From assembly GCF_963921235.1 (NCBI RefSeq), contig NC_086097.1:167774001-167838000 (forward strand): DNA of 64,000 nt, written 5' to 3'. This DNA comes from Mobula hypostoma. Its lineage: Eukaryota. Below are positions 26,226 through 37,646 of this stretch, in pieces. Position 1 is the stretch's first letter, and each line of letters opens with the position of its first letter. The notes beneath the pieces were generated by a model. The model ran no database searches, was not told the DNA's origin, and saw nothing but the letters and a program-made list of their open reading frames with translations. The position numbers and the translations under genes are program-made.

Positions 26226-26829
26226 ATAACTAACACAAGCAGCAAGGGAAGCAAGAGTTTCCGTGTACAATTTAAAACACACTGTCATGGCAGAAGTGGG
26301 GGTGAAACTCGGGAATAAGGGAATTAAATGAAAATGGGACAATGTTGTAATTCTGTGGGAAAGGGGAAGGAGAGTGAGACGAATTAGATTGTTCACTCAG
26401 AGGAGCTGGCACAGATCGAATACCCTTTTTCTGTACTGTATCATGCAAGTCTTCTGTAATTATCTTTCAACTGTTTAGTGTCTTATTTTAAGTTTCTCAG
26501 TGTTTTTCTTCTTCCCGACTGCTGTTTCCTTGCTAGAAGAGCTGGAAGCCAATTCGGAAAATATTGCTGTTTGGCTTGCTAAAATCTGGCTCCAGGGGAA
26601 GCTTCCCAGCCTCGTGAAAAGCAGGGATCTCAAAACCAGTGTACATGAATGTTGGCAGCATTCCCAATTTATCCAGCTCCAATTACTTGCATTTACATAG
26701 GGCCTGACACAAAGCAAAGCCCAGCAAGGCATTAGACAGTGGCATGAGCAAACAGAATTTATCCCCATACTGTTTAGATGGGTATCGGGATGATCAAAAT
26801 TTCAGATTCATCAGGGCCAGCAAACACCC

Positions 26830-27065
26830 ATTAACACCAATCCTATTTTGTTCTCGCAACGTTACTATTAACTCCTTCAGATACTATCACTCACCAACAT
26901 AGTTGGCACCATTTACCTACTAACTGGCATGTCCTTGGGAAGAAACTGGAGTACCGGGAGGAACAGAGGCAATGTGCCACCTCCTACAGACAGCACCCAC
27001 CCAAGGTGGGGATTGAGCCCATGTCTCCGGAACTTTGAGACAGCAGTTCAACAGCTGCATCATGG
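26830..27065 (-). mobile_element. Decayed V-SINE
   Basis: Reverse-complement V domain gaagaaactggagtaccgggagg and B-box-like gggattgagccc. Confidence 0.55.
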
Positions 27066-28732
27066 TCAGGGGACGGTTTATAGAGGTGATTTTAAAAGAA
27101 AGCATCTGAAGTCATGCTGGAGGTATAAAATCAGAGATTGTGACCAACTCAACACACAGACTAGAAGGTGAGGTGGCTGACAGCTTCATTTGGTTTTGAT
27201 AATGTTCTTGTCCGCTCCTTTGGTTTTAAGAGCAGCATAATCCAGGCATTAGGCAGCTGGATGAAGCAACGCCATTCCGGCTGCACCTCAGATGGCTGCT
27301 CGTTTTTTTTTCCTTTGGCCATGTGCGTCAGAGGCAAGGCTGGCATTTACTGACACTGGTGGGGAGCTGCTGCAGCAATGTGTGGTGAAGACCTTCCAAT
27401 TGTGCTGTTGGGCAGGTGCAGCTTTTTGATCTGGCAGTGGTGATACCGACAAGCTGGGAGAGCAATACGATTTGCTGCATATCCTTCAATCTACCTGTCT
27501 TGCATCCCCAATTCCTCTCCTTCACCCTCAGCATGCATACTAACTCACTCACTCTCTCTATTGGGAGCTTGGGATGGAAGTACGGCCCAAAATGGAAGAG
27601 TATCTCCCTGTGGATGTGTCCTTAGGCTCGTTTCCTGGATGTGTTCCAGAGACTCACTGAACATTTGTGTCCTGAGGAAAGATCCGACCATGGAAATCAA
27701 CACTGCCAACAAAAGTTTAAAGTGTCCTCCAACATTTCTCACTCTGCTGTTTTCATTGTGAATGCTAACTTGTTTTATTTAATTAGACTAGTGACTTTAC
27801 TAAACACAGGAGTATCAGTGGAATTGATTCTCATCTGCCAAGACCTTCTAGCTTTCAGACTTGGTGGGGTGTATGGAGGGTTGACTTTCTTTGAGGAATT
27901 GTTACCAGATTAGATGGAAGTTGTGGGCCAAGAGATTCTATTGAGTAGCGCAGTGCTTGCCCTGTGTAGCTACAAAACTATATTCTGCATTCTGTTTCTA
28001 TGTTACTATTCCACGGGCATGAACTGCCTGTGGATGGCATGCAAAACACAAGTTTTTCACCATATCTCCATACACATGACAATAATAAACCAATAAGAGC
28101 ACCAATTCTTATGGGAAATAAAGAAAAACTATTAAAAATTCAGGGACTTGCCCCACAGATGGCAAAGTTCATGAATTTTCTGTTGGGCTTCTGTCACGCA
28201 GTGAGGGGTTGGGAAATGCGCCTTGAGTGTCTGCATGCCCCTCCCCTATTTCTTATCTAAGGACGGCGAGGGCCATAGGCGCAGAGGTACGTGTGCACAG
28301 GAGAACATGTTCTGTCAGGAGTGAAGTCCGGTCCTGACCCTGGGTATCCAATGTTGGCATTGCATTTTAGATCAATCTCCTTCAAGTGAACTCCTTAACC
28401 TCCACAGGGGCCTCCTGCCCATTAACTATCCCACACGAGCGACAAACCCCACCCACCCAGCTTATTTGTTGACCCAACATTGGAGGACCGTGCTGCCAAT
28501 GATAGACCAGCATTCTATCACCCATAGATGAACTTAGTAGCTTGCTCGGCCATTTTAAAGGGAAATATTGGGGTCGGGGGTGATAATGGCTGATGCTAGT
28601 GCTTATTCCACGTTTTTGCTTAATTAATCAAATTATCATTGTTTTACTATTAATAAAAGTACAATAGAGACAGATTGAAATAAATTAAGCCTTTTGGAAA
28701 TCCAGGTTAAAAAATTATTAATATTAATCTCA

Positions 28733-29178
28733 AATAGCCTCTGACAACCAAGTCCAGCTCCTGGCCTTCACCTGTAATTCAGCTACTAAGCCCGGCGGAA
28801 CTGTTTCTATTGACAGGAGGGGGGTGCAAAGGCGGGTTACTGGCACCTTAAAACCAGTCGTTTAGTGCAGATAGTGCTCATAAGCCATAGTTTGCAGCTC
28901 ACTTAAGAGAAGGAAAACTCTGATCTCAAACCTCTGCTGCCACTCATGGGGAAAGCTTTGGGAATAAACCATGAGGAAAAATTCAGAGCTGGAGTCCCTA
29001 AGGCTGTCCTGTGTTGAGTTCAATGCTGACTGTTGGTGCCAAACTGTATCGGTCTCCACCGTTCCTTTAGATTTATCAGCTGTGTGGAGGGGGAGGCCCT
29101 GCTGCCTGGGCCCTGACTTGTGTACTAGCTTGCTTATCGGGTAGCCTGCTGGGACGCTGCGTTCGTGGTCGACCCCGA
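28733..29178 (+). mobile_element. Non-autonomous element resembling an RTE 5' UTR
   Basis: Contains gagaaggaaaactctgatctcaaacc, a motif I associate with RTE-clade 5' UTRs; no ORF. Confidence 0.5.
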
Positions 29179-29334
29179 AGATAATTGCGAAGTAACATCA
29201 TTCTTAAATAGTCATGTTATTGTAATCATTTTTTATACTAATACCGATCTGCACCTTCTGGTGGGGATTGCAACTCAGCTCGCTGTGCCATGAGTCCAGA
29301 GTTCTGCATTGGGTTCCCAGTGCCTCATTCTCCG

Positions 29335-29860
29335 AAGATGCAGAAGCCTGCAGGTGTTGGAGTCCAGTACAAAAAAGATGAGGTGCTGAAGGGAGTTGGT
29401 GGGTCAGGCAGCATCCGTGGAGGGAAATGGACGGATGACTTTTTAGGTCCATCTGGACTGAAAGTTAGAGGGATGGTAGCTGATATAGAGAATTCAGAGG
29501 GAAGGCTGAGGGTGAGAGCTTGCAAATAGGTGGATCAGAGGTGAGGAGAGGTTGATTGGCAAATGGCGTCTGGTTGAGGAGGGAAGGTTGGAGACAATAA
29601 GGCTGGGGGAGGTGATAGGTGGAGGGAAGCAAAAAGCTGAAGGTTGTGGAATCTGTCTGTGTAGCTCTGCAGTTACAACATATGCAGAATCTTTGTTTAA
29701 GTTATGGAATCTTACAGGAAAATAAGTTGGAACCAAATAGAGGAGATGGGGTGGGCAGATAGCAACAGAGGGGAACAGGGCAGGAAACCCAGTGGGTTAC
29801 ATGTGAGCAGAAAGAAACTGGGTGATAGGGGTGGCAGATGGAGTCAGGTGGGGGATCTCA
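29335..29860 (-). mobile_element. Penelope-derived repeat, decayed
   Basis: gcaggtgttggagtc...gtcaggcagcatccgtggagggaaatggac followed by a purine-rich tract, as in the other PLE relics here. Confidence 0.55.
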
Positions 29861-30109
29861 GTCTCTGTATTACTCAACCTCTAATCCTGAGTGATTTCTG
29901 TAACCTTTTTCTTGAAGTTTTTCCTATGGATTATGTGGAGGGGTTAGGCGGTGAGTAGGATATATGTTCCCTCAGACTTGCGCTGCTGCTTGGTGAGATT
30001 TGTTCTCTCTTCCCACTCTCAACTTGTTCCTACATCCAGCTTTCCATCCTCTCCTCAGTCCCCACATCCCATGATCAACATATTTGGAGTGTTAGAAGTC
30101 CCTGGGCCT

Positions 30110-30510
30110 GTACTTGATGAATTGAGAAGAATGAGGGGGAGTCTTATGAACCCTGCTGGATACTGAAAGGCCTGGATGGAGTGGAGATAGAGAAGATGTT
30201 TCCATTAGCAGGACCGTCTATTATCCAAGGGCACAGACTTAGGAAAAGTGGACATCCCTTTAGAAGTGAGCTGTGGAGGGATTTCTTCAGCCAGAGGATG
30301 GTGAATCTGTGGAATTCATTGCCACAGACGGCTGTGGAGGCAAATCATTGAGTGTATTTATTGATAGCTGCTTGATTGTTAAGGGGGTTAAGGGTTATAG
30401 GGAGAAGGCGGGATAATGGAGTTGAGAAAAAATATCAGCTATGGGCTGAATGGTGGAACAGACTCAATGGACCAAATGGCCAAATTCTGCTCCTATACCT
30501 CATGGTCTAT
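30110..30510 (+). mobile_element. CR1 3' fragment
   Basis: gatttcttcagccagaggatggtgaatctgtggaattcattgccacag...attctgctcctatacc. Confidence 0.85.
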
Positions 30511-31469
30511 GATACTTCACTCAGTGTTGTTAGTAAATTTCCATGCCTTTTAAATGCTTCTTCCCATGTCCCTGCATGTTGGACACAGGCAGGTCCAGAT
30601 GAAGCGGTACTGCAGATCCTGAAGCTGCCATTACCTTTGGAACTGCATCTCAGGATGTCGGGAGCGAAGGGCAGGATAGCAGAGGAAACAGCCAGAAAAC
30701 CTAGGCTGTTGCACAATGGCCAGCAGTGGCTGTATCCTGAGGTCACAGAGCTATTGTGTACAAGCTAAATACGGATCGCAAGCACCTGATGCCTGGTTGT
30801 GTTTACGGTTAAACCAGCATGTTGGAATACTCTGGAAGCAAGAGCAGAATTATGCATTTTTTTATGCGATTGGTTTGTTTGCAGTATGGAATAGGTAATG
30901 AAGTCTCCTGTGGATGAGAAAGATATTGTTAAATAAACGATGCAGTAGAAACATTGCCTTCATATAAAAAAAACAGAACACTGGAAACGCTCAGCTGATT
31001 AGGCAGCTTCTCAATGCCTGAATAACAGAAATAGCTGATGTTTCAGATTGAAGACATTTTAGAACACAACTCCCCACCTTTTCAAACAAAGTATTTTACA
31101 TTCCAGTAACTCTCTGGAGAAGACTGCTTCTCTTCTGCTAAAGAGTTTAAGCCTCTGTTCACAGACTCACTGGCCAAAAAGAATAGTTTTTCGCTCTATA
31201 CTCCAAAACCTCTCACCAATTAAACATCTGAATTAGGAACGTTTTAATCTTCAGTGCTCCCAAGGGATCACTCATCATGTTTTCAAACAAAATGCGATCT
31301 TCTGGAAGAACTCAAAAGGTCCAGCACCATTGGTTTGGGGGTGGAGGGGAGGATGTTGAGAGGGAGGAATTGATGACGTTCCGGGTCAAAATCCAGATGC
31401 AACATTCGTTTTTATGTTTCAGTTGCCAACCTGTGCAGTTTCTAGTGTCATCCTCTGTGCTATTTCTAC

Positions 31470-32298
31470 GGATGGCTTCAAGATGGTGCCAGCAGTGCCA
31501 TCCTGCAGACAGATCATGAAGCTACTTATTTTTCTACTGTTTCTTTCCAATATGATTCTGCTATGAAGCTGTGTGTCATTAGAACCTGTGATTTACATGT
31601 TGATGATATGTTTTGGTTGCCAATTGAGCAATTTGACCCTTTGCTATCTCCGAGGGTGTTCATTGAAGTGGGGAGCGGAGCGTGTAGCCTGAAGGTAAGA
31701 CACAAGTCCATTATCGACTCCATTGCTTCTTTCCAGTTGAGGCGCCAAGCAAGGTTGAAATCAACAAAGATGAGAACGGAGGTGAGGTGGGTGTTTGATG
31801 CTGTCTGCCTGCATTGGATGTTGCCTTCTCCCTCTCACCAGCTGCTGTCGGAGGAAAGTGCAGGAGTCATGGGATCCACGTTGCAAGGATTGATCAGCGA
31901 GGCTCGTGGCTGTGAACTCGTTTTGGGGAACTTTGAGGTTCATGTTTCATGTGTTACTGGATGCTGTTTTTTTTTGCTGTTCTTGGGTGGTTTGATCAGG
32001 GTGATCGATGAGGACTGAGGTGCATCGTTGAAGACCTGCTCTGAGGTCTGTACTTGGCTTGCAGTGCTAAACTGAACTGAACTGAATATTCCTGGATTCC
32101 TGGTTTGACGTTGATATTCTATGTGTTCTTCACTCATTTTCTACTATTTGCACAATTTATTTTTTTCACATGTTGGGGGTTTGTTTTTCTAGGAATGGCT
32201 TCCATGGTGTTTCTTTGCTTTGTGGTGGCTTGCGGGAGGACAAATCTCAGAGCTGTATTCTGTATATATACTTTGATCATAAACGTACTTTCAACTTG
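31470..32298 (+). mobile_element. Older non-autonomous element with aagatgg head and Rex1/L2-type 3' tail
   Basis: Starts near caagatggtgcc; internal (ACTGA)n; ends aatctcagagctgtattctgtatatatactttgatcataaacgtactttcaac, like the Rex1-type tails elsewhere in the window. Confidence 0.5.
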
Positions 32299-32649
32299 TT
32301 TGCATCCTTCTTGGTCTCGAAAATTGTAGTCCAATAGAGGCTTAACTTGTGTTTTATAAAGTTCCAGCTTGAATTCTTTGCTTTCATATTTTGTTTCTTC
32401 TTTGTGGAGACCCTCAGGAGCCCATGTGTTTTATTTTAATCACCCCCCCCCCCCCGGCCAGTATTCTCCTACTCTTAGTATGTTGCTTGTACATGCACCA
32501 TCTACAAGACATGCTGCCTTTTTATAGGGAAATGAATTGTGTACTTCTCCGAAGTTTATGGACCTTCGCTGCACTGAACTTTCTTCTGCCCTGCTTCTGC
32601 CCAGTTCACCAGTCTGTCAAAGTCCACAACCATCCTCATACTCTTTAAA

Positions 32650-33070
32650 CTGGTATGAAAGGTCCAATGTGCAGGATCAAAAGAGGGTTGTAGGCTCAGC
32701 CAGCTCCCCTACAGGCACAAATGTCCACACTATCAAAGACATCTTCAAAAGACAGTGCCTTTAAGAAGGCTGCATCCATCATCAAGAACTCTCACCATCT
32801 GAGGCATGTTCTTTTCTCATTATTTCCAATGTGGAGAAGGTACAAGAAGCCTGAAGGCCGACAATCAACATTTTAGGAAAGACTTCTCCTCCTCCTCCTC
32901 CTCCTCCTCCTCCATCAGATTTCTGGATGGTCCATGAATGTTACCTCACCTTTCGTCCTTTGTACAGTTTATTTTGGAACTTATATCTTTTGGCTTGCAA
33001 TCACCTCAACCACGAAACAACAAATTTCATGACAGAGTACATCAGTGACAATAAACCTGATCCTAATTCT
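32650..33070 (+). mobile_element. Rex1-type 3' fragment containing a (CCT)n expansion at 32886-32913
   Basis: WYERSNVQDQKRVVGSASS...IKDIFKRQCL; caataaacctgatcc tail. Confidence 0.75.
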
Positions 33071-34026
33071 GTTTGACATCTCCTGCAATGTTCTGACACC
33101 CAAATCTATGTGGTTTATAAAAGTGGTAAAAGATTAATCAATTCAGACGTCTTCTTAACGGGTGACCTTAGAGCAGCGTCAGGCACATAAATTTTATCAT
33201 GTCCCTTCCTGCTCTGGGGCCATTACGACCTTAATTTTAAGAGTTTCCATTAATCTCTTAAAAGTTTCTCCCATGTTGTACCTTGTCAATCACATAAGAC
33301 CATAGGACATCAGATCAGAATTAGGCCATTCAGCCCATTGAGTGTACTCTACCAATCCATTTTGGCTGATTTATTATCCTTCTCAATCCCATTCTTCTGC
33401 CTTCTCCCCATAACTGTTGACACCTTAACTAATCAAGAAATTATGAAGCTCCACTTTAAATACACTCAATCACTTGACCTTCACAGTCTGTGGCAGTAAA
33501 ATCCATAGATTCACAACCCTCTCATCTCTGATCTTCTCATTAGAAATTCCTCCTCATCAATGTTCTAAATGGATGTCTCTCTGTTCTGAAACAGTGCCTG
33601 TTGTGTATTTAATATTTCAGCAACATTGAAAATATATTATTTGTTTAAGCATTCTTTTTGTTTACATAATTCATTATGGGTTATATGTAAAAGTACGGGA
33701 ACAACATACGTCAGTACGCCACCATTTCATATTTCAGCACCTCACTAAAGAAAACTAAGTAGACACATTAATCTGGGCTCATATATTTTTCTTTTGATTA
33801 TTTTCTGGAGTTATAAAACATAGCAGCTTTAAAACAAACCTGAGATGGCTACCTACATGTTGAAGAGCAACATGTCTTTTCTTCGGAAGGAGAGAGAGAG
33901 ACATTTAAGTTTTAAATAAAGTTCTGCATGGATTTCTTCGGAAGGGGAGCGAGATGGTAAAGTTTTTAAAAAGGCAGGAAACAGAAAAAAATCATGAGTT
34001 CATAAACAGTGAATACCAGGTAATAG

Positions 34027-35094
34027 TAACCAGCGATGCAGGTGGATGCTTTCCTGGTGTCATGGATTCTTGATTGCCTGACTGGCAGACCACAGTACGT
34101 GTGCTTGCAACACTGTGTGTCCGACAGAGTGATCAGCAGCACTGGGGCTCCACAGGGGACTGCCTTGTCTCCCTTTCTCTTCACCATTTACACCTCGGAC
34201 TTCAACTACTGCACAGAGTCTTGTCATCTTCAGAAGTTTTCGGATGACTCTGCCACAGTTGGCTGCATCAGCAAGGGAGATGAGGCTGAGTACAGGGCTA
34301 TGGTAGGAAATTTTGTCACATGGTGTGAGCAGAATTATCTGCAGCTTAATGTGAAAAAGACTAAGGAGCTGCTGGTAGACCTGAGGAGAGCTAAGGTACC
34401 GGTGACCCCTGTTTCCATCCAGGGGGTCAGTGTGGACATGGTGGAGGATTACAAATACCTGGGGATACGAATTGACAATAAACTGGACTGGTCAAAGAAC
34501 ACTGAGGCTGTCTACAAGAAGGGTCAGAGCCGTCTCGATTTCCTGAGGAGACTGAGGTCCTTTAACATCTGCTGGACGATGCTGAGGATGTTCTATGAGT
34601 CTGTGGTGGTCAGTGCTATCATGTTTGCTGTTGTGTGCTGGGGCAGCAGGCTGAGGGTAGCAGACACCAACAGAATCAACAAACTCATTTGTAAGGCCAG
34701 TGATGTTGTGGGGATGGAACTGGACTTTCTGACGGTGGTGTCTGAAAAGAGGATGCTGTCCAAGTTGCATGCCATCTTGGACAATGTCTCCCATCCATTA
34801 CATAATGTACTGGGTGGGCACAGGAGTACATTCAGCCAGAGACCAGAGACTCATTCCACCGAGATGCAACACAGAGCGTCATAGGAAGTCATTCTTGCCT
34901 GTGGCCATCAAACTTTACAACTCCTCCCTTGGAGGGTCAGACACCCTGAGCCGATAGGCTGGTCCTGGACTTATTTCCTAGCATAATTTACATATTACTA
35001 TTTAACTATTTATGGTTTTATTACTATTTAATTATTTATGGTGCAACTGTACGAAAACTAATTTCCCCCGGGATCAATAAAGTATGACTATGAC
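34027..35094 (+). mobile_element. Rex1/Babar LINE (RT to 3' end) inserted in the Gypsy leader
   Basis: ORF 34036-34884 (GAPQGTALSPFLF, KFSDDSA, LNVKKTKE); a 7-nt tandem duplication (ccagaga x2, about 34836-34849) frameshifts the C-terminus; (CTATGA)n tail. Confidence 0.95.
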
Positions 35095-35378
35095 TAATAA
35101 TAATTTATTAAAAAAACAAAAATGGCTGGCTACATCAGAAAGATAAACATGTTCAATTGCACAATAGGTAACTGGGTTATATATAGTGAATGAATTGAGC
35201 TGTATTTTGAAGCAAATGAAATAGCCAGTGAAAAGCGAGTGTTCTGAGTGAAATAGGTGGAAAGGTATTCAGTTTGCTTAAAAGTTTGACTGTACCAATC
35301 ACTAGCCAGCCAAAGTGAGCTTTGCTCATATCATGAACATTTAGAACCAAAACTATTGTTGATTGCAGAACGCTTTAG

Positions 35379-35524
35379 AGTTGTAGAGTTATAGAAAAGT
35401 ACGGCACAGAAACAGGCCCTTTGGCCCATCTAGTTCATGCTGAATCATTTAAACTGCCTATTCCCATCGACCTGCACTGGAACCTTAGCCCTCCACACCA
35501 CTACTATCCATGCAGCTGTTCAAA
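35379..35524 (-). mobile_element. CR1 3' tail inserted in Gypsy gag
   Basis: Flanked by ctttag at 35373-35378 and 35525-35530; same family as the tail at 57925-58075. Confidence 0.85.
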
Positions 35525-35630
35525 CTTTAGGTTTCATAAGTGGAATCAAAAGGAAGGGGAGTCCATTTCAGTTTATGTGGATGAATTGAAGAAATTGGCT
35601 GAGCATTGTCAGTTCAGTGGGCTTAATGAT

Positions 35631-36276
35631 TAGATTGGATTATGAGGCACACAGTCCTCGTTTATTGTCATTTAGTAATGCATGCATTAAGAAATGATAC
35701 AATGTTTTTCCGGAATGATATCACAGAAACACATGACAAACTGACTTTAAAAACTGACAAAAACCACATAATTATAACATATAGTTACAACAGTGCAAAG
35801 CAATATCGTAATTTGATAAGAACAGACCATGGGCACGGTAAAAGTCTCAAAGTCTCTCGAAAGTCCCATCATCTCACGCAAACAGTAAGCCTCCAGTGCT
35901 GCAAACTTGCCGATGCAGCATCCTGGAAGCATCTGACCACAGTCCGACTCAGAGTTCATCTGTAAACTCCGAGCCTTCGACCAGCTCTCCGAAACCGAGC
36001 GCCGAGCACCATCTCTGCCGAGCGCTTCGACCCCGGCCCCGGCAACAGGCAATAGGTAAAGCCGAGGATTGGGGGCCTTCCCCTCTGGAGATTCTCAATC
36101 GCACAATAGCAGCGGCAGCGAAGCGGGCATTTCAGAAGTTTCTCCAGGTGTTCCTCCGTGCTTCTTATGGCTGTCTCCATCAAATCAGGATTGTGCACAG
36201 CATCCTACTCCACAAATACGATATCATTCGGAACGACCGCGCATGCTGTGTCGTGTCGCCATCTTCTCCTCCTTCC
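35631..36276 (-). mobile_element. Non-autonomous CpG-rich retroposon with 7-bp TSD
   Basis: TSD taatgat at 35624-35630 and 36277-36283; 5' end GGAAGGAGGAGAAGATGGCG; 3' end CAATAAA...TAATCCAATCTA. Confidence 0.85.
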
Positions 36277-36622
36277 TAATGATGCAAAGAGATTGCTTAA
36301 TTTTGAATCTTACAGGAGAGCATCCAAAAACAGCTCCTAACTGAAGCACAACTCACATTTAAAAGAGCCGTTCAAATTGCTGAATCAATGGAAACAGCAG
36401 CCAGAGACACAATTGAGTTGCATTCGGGAATGAAAGTGAGCGTGAGCAAAATTGCAACATCTAAACATAAGCATTCCTGGCAGACCAAATCGTGTTACTG
36501 TTGTGGCGGGGGCACATGTACACCAGACCAATGCAAATTTCAAGGTGAAAATTTCAGAAAATGCAACAAAGTAGGGCACGTACAAAGACCTTGGCAGCAG
36601 ACAAAAATTAATGGACTGCACA

Positions 36623-37646
36623 GTCTGTCTGTCTGTCTAGGTACCATATCCGATGCGGACGTTGGTGACCATGGTTTTCCAATTTGATCTATCCCTCGTT
36701 CTTTGGATGACTTACATTTCCTCGATGTGCAGCCACCTGGCTAGGCTTTTGATGTACATAAGATTTTAGTGTGCATGGTCATCTTTCTGTCTGTTAATAT
36801 GGTCTTCATTTTTTTGGAAAGTTTCTTTCGCCATTGCTATTCTGTATTTGATATCTGTGTCGCACCTGCCATCACTTGTTATTAGGCTGCCAAGATATCT
36901 GAATTTGTTGACTTGTTTGATGTTTGTATTTCCGATCTTGATCACACATTGTGGGATGTTTGTCTTTCTGGAGATGACCATGCTTTCTGTCTTCTTGGTG
37001 TTGATTGAGAGGCCTCTGCGATTACTTTCCACTGCCACTATAGTGAGTAGTTCTTGAAGTTTTGTTTCTGAGTCAGCATATTCTGAGTACAATGTCATCA
37101 GCATCTCTGATGTTATTTATATTATGGCCTCCAATTGTGAATCCTTTGATGTCTTTGATACTTAGCAAGATATTTTCATTATACAGGTTGAATGAGTCTG
37201 GCAAAAAGACACAACCTTGCCTGACTCCTCTCATGATATTCACATACTTGCTCACTTCTTCTATTCTGATGGATGCTGTCTGGTTCCAGTATAAGTTTCT
37301 TAAGAAGTGTACATCTTTCACATCTATGTCAAGATCTTGAAGCATTTCCAGAAGATCTTGGTGTCTGACAGTGTCAAAAGCTTTTGTATAGTCGATGAAA
37401 CATAGGTAGATGTCCTTTTGTATCTGGATGGCTCATTCACAGATCATCCGTAGCATGAAAATTGCATTTCTGGTTCCGGTGTTTTCCACAAAGCCACATT
37501 GTTCTTCACTGATTTCTGGTTTTATACAGAGACTTGCTCTCATCATGATTACTCTGAGAATAATTTTTGTCACGTGGCTCATCAGGCTTATTGTACGATG
37601 TAACTCACATTCTGTTGCTCCCTCTTTCTTTGGAAGTGTGATGAAC
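36623..37646 (-). mobile_element. RTE-clade LINE fragment with 8-bp TSD, inserted in Gypsy gag-pol
   Basis: TSD actgcaca at 36615-36622 and 37647-37654; RT motifs HRTISLMSHVTKI, GVRQGCV, NNIRDADD, FRYLGS; (AGAC)n tail; internal deletion near the 3' end. Confidence 0.93.

Noticed and set aside
30376..30768. 130-aa ORF
   Set aside because: It begins in a CR1 tail, the remainder has no recognisable homology, and the splice donor is weak.
35747..36344. Several overlapping 80-127 aa ORFs
   Set aside because: Expected in the GC-rich non-autonomous element because stops are rare; no protein motif.
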